Below are positions 38,893 through 48,322 of a DNA stretch of 64,000 bases, in pieces. Each line of letters starts with the position of its first letter. The first letter of the stretch is position 1. A program made the position numbers and the translations under genes. This DNA comes from an uncultured delta proteobacterium (GTDB taxonomy: Bacteria > Myxococcota > Kuafuiibacteriia > Kuafuiibacteriales > Kuafuiibacteriaceae): NCBI GenBank assembly GCA_963803435.1, contig CAWDML010000010.1, positions 93,485 to 157,484 of the forward strand, written 5' to 3'. The notes beneath the pieces are model-generated. The model did not search any database and had not been told where the DNA came from. It saw only the letters and a program-made list of their open reading frames with translations.

Positions 38893-40337
38893 CCGTGCGC
38901 CTCCAGGAACGCGCTCAGCCGCGGGTCGTCCTTTTCCAGCGGGACCAGCCACTCGCCGGCCGGCTCGCGGACCCACCAGTCGTCGGCGCCGAGCGGCGCG
39001 AAGCGGTAGTGATAGAGAAGCGCGCGGATCTTCTTCGGAGGATGATCCGGGAACGGGTCGCGCTCGAGGAGCGACTTGGCCACCGGATCGCCGTCGAGCA
39101 GCATCGCGATCAGGTGGACGAGCCAGTCGTGCTCGCTCGGGTTCGACATCGCCGCGAACCAGATCTGCCAGGCGATGCGCGGTTGATAGGGAGAGATCCA
39201 ACAGGGCCGGCGATCGACCGCGCCCGGCTTGCACGGGATCTCGTACGCCTTCCAGACCGTCGAGTCGTCGACGACCTCGGCGTCGGTCCCCTCGAGGATG
39301 ATCTCGTCGCGCTCCTTGCCCACGCTCCCGAAGGCGCCGTACGTGTTCACCAGGTGGAGCGGCATGAACGACGAGTTCATGAGCTGATGGTCGGAGAAGA
39401 GGTTCACCACCGGCTGGATGCTCAGCACCGCCACCAGCACCGCGACGCCGTACGAGGTGATGCGCGCAGCGTCGGTGGGCGCCTCCACCTCCGGGTGCCT
39501 CCGGAAGAAGCCATCGTCGAAGCACGCCAGCGCGGGGACGAGCGTGAGCCAGTTGAGAAAGGCGAGGTTGCCGCTGAGGATCAACGTGAGCTGGAAGAGG
39601 ACGAAGAGAACGCCTGCGAGCTGACGGGCCCGGCGCGGGCCGAAGGCGAGCAGCGGCGCGACCAGCTCCACCAGGTGATTGAAGAGGACGCCGCCCTGGT
39701 GCACCCACCGCGGCATGAAGTGGAACAGCGGGCTCAGCGGGTTCGGGATCGGCTGGGTTTCATAGTGATAGACGAGGCAGGTCAGGTCGCGCCAGCAAGG
39801 ATCGCCGCGCAGCTTGATCAGACCTGCGCCCAGCATGATCCGAACGATCAACCAGCGGAAGAGGAAGATGATCACCACCGGAGGCTCGCGCTTGGGAAAC
39901 GGGCGGCCGTCGAGCAGCGGGCAGAGGAAGATCGCGAGGAAGCCGGTCTCGACGGTCTGGATCTCCCATCCGTAGCCGTACCACTCGCCGCCCACGTGGA
40001 CGATCGAGAGGTAGAGCGCCCAGAGGAGGCCCATGACGAACGCGTTCGCCCAGCCGGCGAGGACGACCAGCGAGAGCACCACACCGAGCCACGCGAAGCC
40101 CGCCAGCGCGCCGTCGGAGAACCAGAGGAAGAAGATGCTCGGGAAGTGGAGGAACGCGTCGAGGCGTGAGCCGTAGCGCATCGCCGCCAGGTCGAGGGAG
40201 CGCCCCATCGGCGTGAGGCCGTGCTCGCCGACCAGCGCCGGGAGCTGGAGCGCGGCCGAGAGGAACGCGAATAAGTAGGTGAAGCCGAGGAGGCGCAGGA
40301 TGAGGAACCGCGTCCACTGGTAGGTCGGCTTCACCAC
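38880..40337 (-). CDS. lipase maturation factor family protein
   Basis: YGYGWE...ETGFL, AGLIKLRGD.CW, HYETQPIPNP, NTYGAFG, PCKPG, WQIWFAAM. Confidence 0.92.
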   Translation of the reverse strand: MVKPTYQWTRFLILRLLGFTYLFAFLSAALQLPALVGEHGLTPMGRSLDLAAMRYGSRLDAFLHFPSIFFLWFSDGALAGFAWLGVVLSLVVLAGWANAFVMGLLWALYLSIVHVGGEWYGYGWEIQTVETGFLAIFLCPLLDGRPFPKREPPVVIIFLFRWLIVRIMLGAGLIKLRGDPCWRDLTCLVYHYETQPIPNPLSPLFHFMPRWVHQGGVLFNHLVELVAPLLAFGPRRARQLAGVLFVLFQLTLILSGNLAFLNWLTLVPALACFDDGFFRRHPEVEAPTDAARITSYGVAVLVAVLSIQPVVNLFSDHQLMNSSFMPLHLVNTYGAFGSVGKERDEIILEGTDAEVVDDSTVWKAYEIPCKPGAVDRRPCWISPYQPRIAWQIWFAAMSNPSEHDWLVHLIAMLLDGDPVAKSLLERDPFPDHPPKKIRALLYHYRFAPLGADDWWVREPAGEWLVPLEKDDPRLSAFLEAHGYRE

Positions 40338-40439
40338 AGACCTCGCAGCGAGCACGGGGCGAGCGTAGGATGAAACGGAACCGCGGTCACATCGAGCGGA
40401 TGAGACGGAGCGGTGACACGCGTTCGAAAGGATCGAACC

Positions 40440-41099
40440 ATGAAGAGAATCCCGAAGCGGTGGGGTCTATCGGTCGCGCTCCTGTACGGCCTGGCGCTGC
40501 TCGCCCTCACCTGGCCGGTCCTGGTCGCCTCCTTCTTCCCGGAGACGTCCCTCGCCGAGGCGGGACGCGTCTTCGGAATGGCCGGCTACTGGGGGTTCAT
40601 CGTGGTCATGGTCGGGTGCCAGCTCGCGCTGCTCTCACTCCCGGTCGGATCGCTGGCGCGCCCGACCACGCGCCGAACAATCCTCGCGCCCGTGCTCGCC
40701 TCCGGGCTCTGCTTCGCGGCGCTGCTCGCGGGCGCGGTCGCCTCGGGGATCGAGCTCTTCGCCCGAGACGGTGCGCTCGAGCTCGGGCCGGTGGTCGGGG
40801 CCGTCGCCCTCGCGAGCTGGGCCGCCTGGGCCTTCGTCTTCTTCCGATGGTCGAGGGGTCGCTCCGCGGAGAACTTCCTGTTTCGGCAGTCGAGGCTCCT
40901 GTTCAAGGGCAGCGTTCTCGAGCTCCTGATCGCCGTCCCCACCCACATCGTCGCGCGAAGCAGGGAGTACTGCTGTGCAGGTTTGATGTCCTTCATCGGC
41001 ATCGCCGCGGGGATCGCGGTGATGCTGTTCTCGTTCGGTCCGTCGGTCTATTTCCTGTATCTCGACCGGTGGCGAAAGCTCCATCGGGACCAGGATTAG
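40440..41099 (+). CDS. hypothetical polytopic membrane protein
   Basis: About 6 TM helices; GSVLELLIAVPTH...YCCA...FGP. Confidence 0.7.
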   Translation: MKRIPKRWGLSVALLYGLALLALTWPVLVASFFPETSLAEAGRVFGMAGYWGFIVVMVGCQLALLSLPVGSLARPTTRRTILAPVLASGLCFAALLAGAVASGIELFARDGALELGPVVGAVALASWAAWAFVFFRWSRGRSAENFLFRQSRLLFKGSVLELLIAVPTHIVARSREYCCAGLMSFIGIAAGIAVMLFSFGPSVYFLYLDRWRKLHRDQD

Positions 41100-41241
41100 C
41101 GAGACCGCTCAAACGCTCGAGAGAGGTCGAGCGGCGGGCAAGACGCTCAGACCATAGGGAGCGACCGGCTCGCGGTCGTCAGTTTCGGATCGAACGCCCA
41201 CGCTGGCGATCGGCTTCAGGACCGAGCCCGACAGGTAGCCT

Positions 41242-41633
41242 CTAGGAGCGTGTAGCGCGTAGCGCTACCGCGAGCCCGGTCCGGGTCCCGGTTCCGGTCC
41301 CGGTCCCGATGGCGATCATGCAGCCCGGCGTGCGTTCATCGACTTGATGAGGCGCGTGAGCATCTCGACAACGCGCTTGAGCTTGGCTCTGGCGGCTTGG
41401 ACCTTCTGCTCGTTGGCGAGTCGGCGCCTCAAGCAGGTGTGGAGTGAGGCGGCGCTTTCGGTGCCAGAGCGAAGTGCCATCCGGTAGAAGCGAGCCTTCT
41501 CAGGTGGATTGAACTCTCCGGCGCCCTCGGCGGTGTTGTTCACGATGGAATCGGATGCCCGCCGAAGCTGATCGCGGACGTGAGCGTGACCGGGTTGCAG
41601 GCGCGTGAGCGCTTACGCGCTACACGCTCCTAG
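41242..41633. mobile_element. non-autonomous element with IS1182-type ends and CTAG at both boundaries
   Basis: Perfect 20-bp inverted repeat CTAGGAGCGTGTAGCGCGTA (41242-41261 / 41614-41633); same end follows the IS1182 remnant at 48568-48587. Confidence 0.75.
41316..41612 (-). pseudogene. four-helix-bundle (23S rRNA IVP-like) protein, 5'-truncated
   Basis: RDQLRRASDSIVNNTAEGAG...KARFYR.A..S..E; in-frame TAA in the terminal repeat, first helix missing. Confidence 0.8.
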
Positions 41634-42379
41634 CGCCGTGGGCGCCCGCGCTTGGGAGCGGTGAGCCGGTAGCTGTCGGCCACGAACCGCTCGATCGCCT
41701 TCCAGGGGACGCGCCCTCCGTCGAGATAGATTCCGATCCATCCCTTGTGCCCCACGTAGGGCGGCCGGAAGAAGCGCGCCGGATCGGCGGCGACCATCGC
41801 TTCCTGAGCACCGTCCTCGCCCTTCACCCAGAGCGAGGGCCGACCGCCGTCGACGTTGCCCTTCTGCATGGCGAAGATCTTGTCGCGGATGCGCCAGGTC
41901 GGATCGCCCCACGCTTCCTTCTCGGTCGCGTCGGGAAGCGCGAGGCAGATCTTTCGCAGCTTCTCGAGCTGCCCGGGCGCGAGGGTCAACGCGTTGGCCC
42001 CGCTCCAGGCGTCACCGGCGGCCGCCGGCTCGGGAGCGGAGGCTGCGGTCAGCGCAGCGGCCAGCTTCTTCGGCGCGACCCCGACGAACGACTCGCTGAT
42101 CAGCGCGCGGCACTCGGCGCGCGCCACCCGCGCGATCGTCACGGTGGTCCAGCCGCGGCGGCCCCAGGCGCCCGCGGCCGGCGCGAACGCCTCCGGTTTG
42201 GCCTCCAGGATGATCTGCTGCGTCTCCGTCGTCAGCCGGAGCGTGCCCTGCTTCCCGCCCGGATGGAGCGTGGCGAAGATCTTGTTCCTCACCCGGAAGT
42301 CGGTCACCTCGAAGTGCGCGCTCTCCTCTGCCTCGGGCATCGAGAGGGCAATCTGCTTCCAGGTGGCGGCGGTGACCAT
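41630..42379 (-). CDS. tandem MmcQ/YjbR-domain protein
   Basis: Two copies: FRVRNKIFA...WGRRGWT and WRIRDKIFA...PPYVGHKGWI. Confidence 0.88.
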   Translation of the reverse strand: MVTAATWKQIALSMPEAEESAHFEVTDFRVRNKIFATLHPGGKQGTLRLTTETQQIILEAKPEAFAPAAGAWGRRGWTTVTIARVARAECRALISESFVGVAPKKLAAALTAASAPEPAAAGDAWSGANALTLAPGQLEKLRKICLALPDATEKEAWGDPTWRIRDKIFAMQKGNVDGGRPSLWVKGEDGAQEAMVAADPARFFRPPYVGHKGWIGIYLDGGRVPWKAIERFVADSYRLTAPKRGRPRR

Positions 42380-42584
42380 CGCGGGACCGTACCGTACCGC
42401 TGGCCGAGCCTCCGGACACCGTGTCCCGGATCGGCGCCCCGGGACGGGCGGCCTATGCGCTGCACCACGCGCCACCGTAGGCCCGTGTGCGCGCTCGGCG
42501 GGCGCAGCACGCCATTCTCGTGATCTGTGTCTTTACTGGATACGCGTAAGCGCCGATTCGCGATCTCGTACCTATGTTTTGAAC

Positions 42585-44618
42585 ATGAGCGTCTCTTCCA
42601 CGACCTACCGTAGCCGCACCGTCACCGAGATCGAGATCAACCAGATCATCATCCAATGCAACGGCGATGACGTGGCGGCGGCCCAGGCGCTGCAGTCGCT
42701 CATGAACCGAGGTGAGCTCACGTCGAGCGCCGAGCTGCAGGCGCTCGATTTCATCCAGCGATACGGCGGCGACACCGGCGGATGCGGTCCGAGCCGTCCC
42801 CTCTCCCGAGCCGAGGCGCTCTCGGTCTGCCACGACAACTTCGATCTCCTCGATACCGCCGCAGGGATCGGCGACCGCGACGGGATCATCGCTCGCGCTG
42901 ATCTCCAGGCGATCCTCGAGGCACCGGACGTCTCTCCGCGACTGAAGGCCGCCGCCCGCTACCTGCTCGACCACTTCAGCGAGCTCGACGACGCCGCCGG
43001 AAACCTGGGGCGCGAGGACGGGAAGATCTCACGGCAGGATCTCGAGTCCGGGATCGCGACCTGTGGAATGGACGACGGGCGGGCGATCGACGTGCTGCGC
43101 GGGAGCTTCGATCAGATCGATACGGCGGCGCACGGCGGGTGCGCCGACGGCCTGGTGTCGAAGAGCGACCTCGAAGCGGTGCTGCGCGATCCGAACGCGG
43201 CGCCCGAGGTGAAGGCGGCGGCTCGCTATGCCCTCGCCCATCCGGAGCTCTTCGACCGGCTCGACACGGCCGGACACGGCGGCGACCGCGACGGCCTGAT
43301 CTCGCGCGACGATCTCGACGTCGGACGCGAGTCCGTCGGCCTGGACGCTCCGGCCGCGGGACAGAGCATCCTCACCTTCTTCAGCACGATCGACGACGCT
43401 GCCGGAAACCGCGGGTCCAACGACGGGCTGATCGCGCGCTGCGATCTCGAAGCGATCGTGAAGAACGACAGCGCGCCGGCGGACGTGAAGGCGGCCGCCC
43501 GCTACCTGCTCGATCATCCGGAGGTCTACGATCGGATCGACACCGCCGCGAAGGGGGGTTCGAAGGATGGCCTGATCTCGCCCGAGGATCTTCGCGCGTG
43601 GCTCAACGGCGTCGATCCGGTGGGACTGTCCACACCGAACCCGATCGACATCCTCCGTGGAAACTTCGACAGGCTCGACACCGCGGCCCACGGCGGGGGC
43701 GCCGACGGGCGGGTGTCCCGGGAGGATCTGGAGGCGGCGCTGAACGATCCCAGCACCCCCGCCGATCTGAAGGCTGCGTGCCGGTTCGCGCTCGACAACC
43801 CGCAGATCTTCGACCAGATGGACACCGCGGGCTACGGCGGGGATCGGGACGGCCTGATCTCGCGCGACGACCTGGAGGTCGCGCGGGAGATGTACGCCAT
43901 GGACGACATCTCCGCGCTCCAGGTCACGCAGGACAACTTTCGCCAGATCGATACGGCCGCCCACGGGGGCTCGCCGGACGGCCTGATCTCGCGCGACGAC
44001 CTCAAGGCGATCCTGAGCGACCGCAACGCGTCCCCGCAGCTCAAGGCAGCGGCGCACTACCTCCTCGATCATCCCGAGGCGTTCGACCAGATCGACACGG
44101 CCGGACACGGAGGCTCGCAGGACGGCCTGATCTCGCAGGACGACCTGCGTGCGTACATGCGCACCCACGTCCTTCCCAGCGTCGATCTGGTTCCGCTGCC
44201 GCAGACCGGTTCGCCCGCGGACCGGGAGCCGTTCGGCGACCCCTTCCAGAACGAGATCGAGGAGATCCTCACCGACCCGACGCTCACGGTCGAAGATCAG
44301 GTGACGCTCTTCCTGATGCTGGTGGCGAAGCGGATGGACAAGCAGATCGAAGAGCAGATGCAGTACATCAACCAGCTTCAGCAGCAGCAGAACGAAGCTG
44401 GGAAGAAGTACAACGGACAGGACGGTCCCGGGTCTCCGCAGGCCGACGGGCGCCCGCCGCAGGCGGGGCCGAGCGGGCAGGACAGCTCGATCGACGTGGA
44501 GACGTTGAAGCTCAAGCGGCTGATCGACAAGCGCAGCCAGCTCTTCGACACGCTTCGCCAGATCATCGACAAATACAATCAGACCGCCAAGGGAATCATC
44601 GACACGGTGAACCGCTAG
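42585..44618 (+). CDS. EF-hand-like repeat protein with coiled-coil C-terminus (HrpF/NolX-like repeats)
   Basis: 10 D(T/D)A..G..DG.I/VS..DL loops arranged as 5 pairs; C-term DVETLKLKRLIDKRSQLFD...TAKGII. Confidence 0.75.
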   Translation: MSVSSTTYRSRTVTEIEINQIIIQCNGDDVAAAQALQSLMNRGELTSSAELQALDFIQRYGGDTGGCGPSRPLSRAEALSVCHDNFDLLDTAAGIGDRDGIIARADLQAILEAPDVSPRLKAAARYLLDHFSELDDAAGNLGREDGKISRQDLESGIATCGMDDGRAIDVLRGSFDQIDTAAHGGCADGLVSKSDLEAVLRDPNAAPEVKAAARYALAHPELFDRLDTAGHGGDRDGLISRDDLDVGRESVGLDAPAAGQSILTFFSTIDDAAGNRGSNDGLIARCDLEAIVKNDSAPADVKAAARYLLDHPEVYDRIDTAAKGGSKDGLISPEDLRAWLNGVDPVGLSTPNPIDILRGNFDRLDTAAHGGGADGRVSREDLEAALNDPSTPADLKAACRFALDNPQIFDQMDTAGYGGDRDGLISRDDLEVAREMYAMDDISALQVTQDNFRQIDTAAHGGSPDGLISRDDLKAILSDRNASPQLKAAAHYLLDHPEAFDQIDTAGHGGSQDGLISQDDLRAYMRTHVLPSVDLVPLPQTGSPADREPFGDPFQNEIEEILTDPTLTVEDQVTLFLMLVAKRMDKQIEEQMQYINQLQQQQNEAGKKYNGQDGPGSPQADGRPPQAGPSGQDSSIDVETLKLKRLIDKRSQLFDTLRQIIDKYNQTAKGIIDTVNR

Positions 44619-44630
44619 CAGGGAGCCTCA

Positions 44631-45092
44631 ATGACGGACCAACCAGGCCCGAAGAATACGCGACGGAAGAGCGTCAAGCTCGGGCAGAAGTTTGCCGGCT
44701 CGCTCGCCACCCGGCTGGACGCTCATCCGCAGTCCTCCGATTCGGAGCGAATCGAAGCGGAGAACCGGATCCTGTCGTTGATGCGCGACGTGCTCCAGCT
44801 GGCGGAGCCGGACCTGGTGGCGGTCAATTTCATCACCCATGCCGTGGAGGTGCACACGGCGACGTTCGGTTTCTCGAAGGTGATCTATGAAGAGCTCTTC
44901 CGCCTCCACGAGATGCGGCTGAAGAAGGCCCCCAAGGAGGAGGAGGCGCCCCGCCCGCTGCTGCGCCCGCCGCAGGCGCCGCCGAACGCCAAGATCGTGC
45001 CGCCGCCCAAGCCGCTGATCCCGCCGACTCCGCGCGAGCCGACCCACGCAACACCCGACTCCTGGAAGCTTCGCCGCTCCCTCAAAGCGTGA
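44631..45092 (+). CDS. hypothetical protein
   Basis: ORF with GGGAG RBS, co-oriented in a three-gene operon. Confidence 0.6.
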   Translation: MTDQPGPKNTRRKSVKLGQKFAGSLATRLDAHPQSSDSERIEAENRILSLMRDVLQLAEPDLVAVNFITHAVEVHTATFGFSKVIYEELFRLHEMRLKKAPKEEEAPRPLLRPPQAPPNAKIVPPPKPLIPPTPREPTHATPDSWKLRRSLKA

Positions 45093-45099
45093 GGATGCC

Positions 45100-45405
45100 A
45101 TGAAAGAGACGATGACGACCCCGAGAACAAAGCCGAGCGATCGCTCCGACGCGATCGAGGGAGCGGTCCACGAGGTCTTTCGTGACCGCAATCTGAGCAT
45201 CGACGAGCGCGCGGAGCGAGGTCTAGCGCTGCTCACACAGAAGCTCACCGACGACATCACCGCGCAGCACGACCACATCTGCAGCCTCGATCACGAGAAG
45301 AACCCGTCGGCTGTCGACACCGAGATCTGCCGGCTCCTGCGGATGCTGGAGAAGCGGAAGAAGCTCTTCAGCAAGCTCGAGGGGACCTTCAGGACCGAGA
45401 GCTAG
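45100..45405 (+). CDS. small paralogue of the C-terminal domain of 42585..44618
   Basis: D.NLSIDE...L.LL...Q...I..L...SAVDTE...L.R...KR..LF pattern shared. Confidence 0.65.
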   Translation: MKETMTTPRTKPSDRSDAIEGAVHEVFRDRNLSIDERAERGLALLTQKLTDDITAQHDHICSLDHEKNPSAVDTEICRLLRMLEKRKKLFSKLEGTFRTES

Positions 45406-47635
45406 CCGCCGCCACGATCGCCTGGCCCAGGCTGATCCCTCCGTCGTTGGGCGGGACCTGGCGATGCAGCAGCACCCGGAAGCCGCGCGCCTCGAGGAGC
45501 GGGACGGCGATCCGGACGAGCAGCATGTTCTGGAAGACGCCGCCCGTCAGCGCGACGGCGTCGAGCCCGTGCCGGTGGCGGATCCAATCACAGGCCGAGA
45601 CGACGACGTCCGCCACCGCGCGGTGAAAGCGGGCGGCGATCATGGAGGCCGGCTGCTTCGCGAGGACGTCGTCCACCACGCGGCGGATCAGAGCTTCGGA
45701 CGGGATCACGAGGCGGCCGTCCGACTCGAGGAGGTCGATCGCATACGTGCCCGTCACGGTCGGATCGGCGCGTTGCTCCAGCTCGATCGCCGCCTGTCCT
45801 TCGTAGGAGACGACGTCCCTCGTTCCGACGATCGCCGAGACCGCGTCGAAGAGCCGCCCGACGCTCGAGGTCGACGGCGCGAACTGGCCGGCGCGGGCGA
45901 GACTCACCACGGCGCGCCAGCGGTCGCGATTTCGGGCCTCCACCGCCAGCAGCGGCGGCTCGTCATAGGCGGCGGCGAGGTGGGCCGCCGCCATTCGCCA
46001 GGGCTCCCGGATGGCCGCGACGCCTCCCGGCATGCGCACCTGGGACCAGTGGCCCACGCGCTCGAACGACCGCACGTCGGCGACGAAGAGCTCGCCGCCC
46101 CACAGCGTGCCGTCGGTGCCGTAGCCGAGGCCGTCGAAGACCACGCCAATCACCGGCCCCACCTCGCCGTTGTCCGCGAGGCAGGCGGCGACGTGCGCGT
46201 GATGATGCTGGACGCCGACGAGGCGGACGTCGTCGCGATCGAGCGCCCACTTGGTGGACAGGTACTCGGGGTGGAGATCGTGCGCGATCACCTCGGGGTG
46301 CACGTCGAACATCCGCTGGAGGTGGACGGTCGCCTCGGTGAAGGAGCGATAGGCCGCCGAGTTTTCGAGATCGCCGATATGGTGCGAGAGGAAGGCGAAC
46401 CCGCCCTTGGCGACGCAGAGGGTGCTCTTCAGCTCGGCGCCGCAGGCGAGCAGCTGGGGATGGGACGCGACCGGGAGCCGGACCGGCGCCGGCGCGAAGC
46501 CGCGCGACCGGCGGAGCGGCAGCGGCTTGCCGCGGAGGATCCGGAACACGCTGTCGTCGGTCCGGATGTGGATGGGACGATCGTTCACCAGGAACGCGTC
46601 CGCGATCCCGCCCAGCGCTCTTCGCGCGTCGTCGTCGAGGTAGGCGATCGGCTCGTCGGAGAGGTTGCCGCTGGTGAGCACGATCGGGGCGGCGATCGCC
46701 CGCGCGAGGAGGTGGTGCACCGGCGTGTACGGGAGCATGACGCCCACGTCCCGGTTGTTCGGTGCGACCTGGGGTGCGATGCGCGCGCTCGGATCGCGGG
46801 CGAGCAGGACGATCGGCCGGCGGGGGCTGGTGAGCAGCTGCGCCTCCTCTTCGCCGACGACCGCCAGCCTCCGCGCCCACTCCAGATCGGGCGCCATGAT
46901 GGCGAACGGCTTGTCCTCGCGGTGCTTGCGGGCGCGCAGGCGGGCGACCGCCTCGTCGTTCTCGGCGTGCGCCGCCAGGTGGTAACCGCCGAGCCCCTTG
47001 ATCGCGACGATCTGGCCGCTCTCCAGCCTGCGCGCGGTCTCGAGGATCGGATCGCCGCCGTCGCCCTCGAGCGTGAGTCGCGGGCCGCAGGCGAAGCACG
47101 CGACCGGCTGGGCGTGAAAGCGTCGGTCGGACGGATCGAGATACTCGCGGCGGCAGGCGTCGCACATCTCGAAGCTCGCCATGGTGGTCCGGTCGCGGTC
47201 GTAAGGGACGTCGAGGACGATCGTGTAGCGCGGGCCGCACTGAGTGCAGTTGATGAACGGGTAGCGAAAGCGCCGGTCGGACGGATCGAAGAGCTCCCGC
47301 AGGCACTCGTCGCACGTGCCCAGGTCGGGCGAGATGAACGTGGCGCGCTCCGCCCCGAGCCGGCTCTTCGTGATGGAGAAGCCGCGCTCGCCCGTCGGTG
47401 ACAGCTCCCGGGTGCCGAGCTCGACAATCACGGAGAGCTCCGGCGCCTCCGCGGGAAGAAGGTCGAGGAAGCGCTCGAGGTCGTGCGGGGGGCCCTCGGC
47501 CTCGATGATCACGCCGCGCGCGTCGTTCGAGACGAAGCCCGCGAGACCGAGGCGCCGCGCCAGCGTGTAGACGAAGGGTCGAAAGCCGACGCCCTGAACG
47601 ATCCCGTCGATCCGTATCTCGAGCCTTCTGCTCAT
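45389..47635 (-). CDS. hypF: carbamoyltransferase HypF
   Basis: GIVQGVGFRPF, two CxxC fingers, RRFHAQP, KGLGGYHL, HDLHPEY, QHHHAH, DGLGYG, PNDGGISLGQ. Confidence 0.96.
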   Translation of the reverse strand: MSRRLEIRIDGIVQGVGFRPFVYTLARRLGLAGFVSNDARGVIIEAEGPPHDLERFLDLLPAEAPELSVIVELGTRELSPTGERGFSITKSRLGAERATFISPDLGTCDECLRELFDPSDRRFRYPFINCTQCGPRYTIVLDVPYDRDRTTMASFEMCDACRREYLDPSDRRFHAQPVACFACGPRLTLEGDGGDPILETARRLESGQIVAIKGLGGYHLAAHAENDEAVARLRARKHREDKPFAIMAPDLEWARRLAVVGEEEAQLLTSPRRPIVLLARDPSARIAPQVAPNNRDVGVMLPYTPVHHLLARAIAAPIVLTSGNLSDEPIAYLDDDARRALGGIADAFLVNDRPIHIRTDDSVFRILRGKPLPLRRSRGFAPAPVRLPVASHPQLLACGAELKSTLCVAKGGFAFLSHHIGDLENSAAYRSFTEATVHLQRMFDVHPEVIAHDLHPEYLSTKWALDRDDVRLVGVQHHHAHVAACLADNGEVGPVIGVVFDGLGYGTDGTLWGGELFVADVRSFERVGHWSQVRMPGGVAAIREPWRMAAAHLAAAYDEPPLLAVEARNRDRWRAVVSLARAGQFAPSTSSVGRLFDAVSAIVGTRDVVSYEGQAAIELEQRADPTVTGTYAIDLLESDGRLVIPSEALIRRVVDDVLAKQPASMIAARFHRAVADVVVSACDWIRHRHGLDAVALTGGVFQNMLLVRIAVPLLEARGFRVLLHRQVPPNDGGISLGQAIVAAASSRS

Positions 47636-48097
47636 CGTGCCTCGGGGCGTCGCGCCCGCTCAGGATGCACCGGCGCGGGCCCGCGCGCATCATTCGATCG
47701 GCAGGCCGGCCAGCCGGCGGAGCAGGCCCTCGACCTCGTGCGGGTCGGCCCTGTGGTAGTCCGCCAGCGAAGTCGTCGTCCCGTCGCCCACGTGGACGCC
47801 CGCGCCGTCCCCCTGCAAGCGCGGCAAATGCGTCCTCATCGGTCTCGTCGTCGCCGAGGTAGACGACGAAGGGCTCCTCCGGTCCAGGCGCCCGCAGGAC
47901 GTCCACGAGCCAGCGCAGCGCGCGGCCCTTGTCCCACTCGACCGCGGGCTCGAGCTCCAACACCTTCTTGCCCCTCCGCTCGCGCAGGCCGGTCTTGTCT
48001 CGGATGGCGCTCACCGCGCGAGCGACCTCGGCCACCACGGCTTCACTCTCCGCCTGGCGATAGTGCGCTGCGACGGAGTAGCGCTTGCGTTCGATGA
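47375..48097 (+). repeat. copy 1 of imperfect direct duplication (hypF 5' region + trehalose-phosphatase 3' end)
   Basis: Near-identical to 54161..54744, which lacks ~47494-47631. Confidence 0.9.
47691..48097 (-). pseudogene. 3' fragment of trehalose-phosphatase gene
   Basis: IERKRYSVAAHYR...YLGDDETDEDAF as in the C-terminus of 54338..55837, with indels. Confidence 0.85.
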
Positions 48098-48322
48098 TGT
48101 TCGAGGTGCGGTGCCGAGCGAGCACTTGCGTTTTCATGCAAGGTCCGAGGCCTGTGCCCGAGGTGAGGCACGCGTCGAATGCACGACGTCGCCCACCTGG
48201 TCGAACGGGTGCTGCCGGCGGTGGCGGTCCGGCAGTACGTGTTGTCTCCCCCCTCGGAGCTGGTCGCGCTGCTCGCGGCGCGGAGCGAGACGTTGTCGTC
48301 GCTGTCTCACATCTTTGTACGC
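48096..48322 (+). mobile_element. IS91-like transposase Zn-binding domain remnant
   Basis: CSRCG...AFSCKVRGLCP(stop)..RRM...AHLVERVLP.VAVRQYVLS. Confidence 0.7.

Noticed and set aside
41316-41612. Avd-like gene as sign of a diversity-generating retroelement
   Set aside because: No reverse transcriptase and no template/variable repeat pair in the window; differences in the 47/54-kb duplication are not adenine-specific.
42830-44150. Recurring GACGGCCTGATCTCG-type DNA repeats resembling a CRISPR array
   Set aside because: They are codons of the protein repeats, degenerate at third positions, spaced over 100 bp, with no cas genes.
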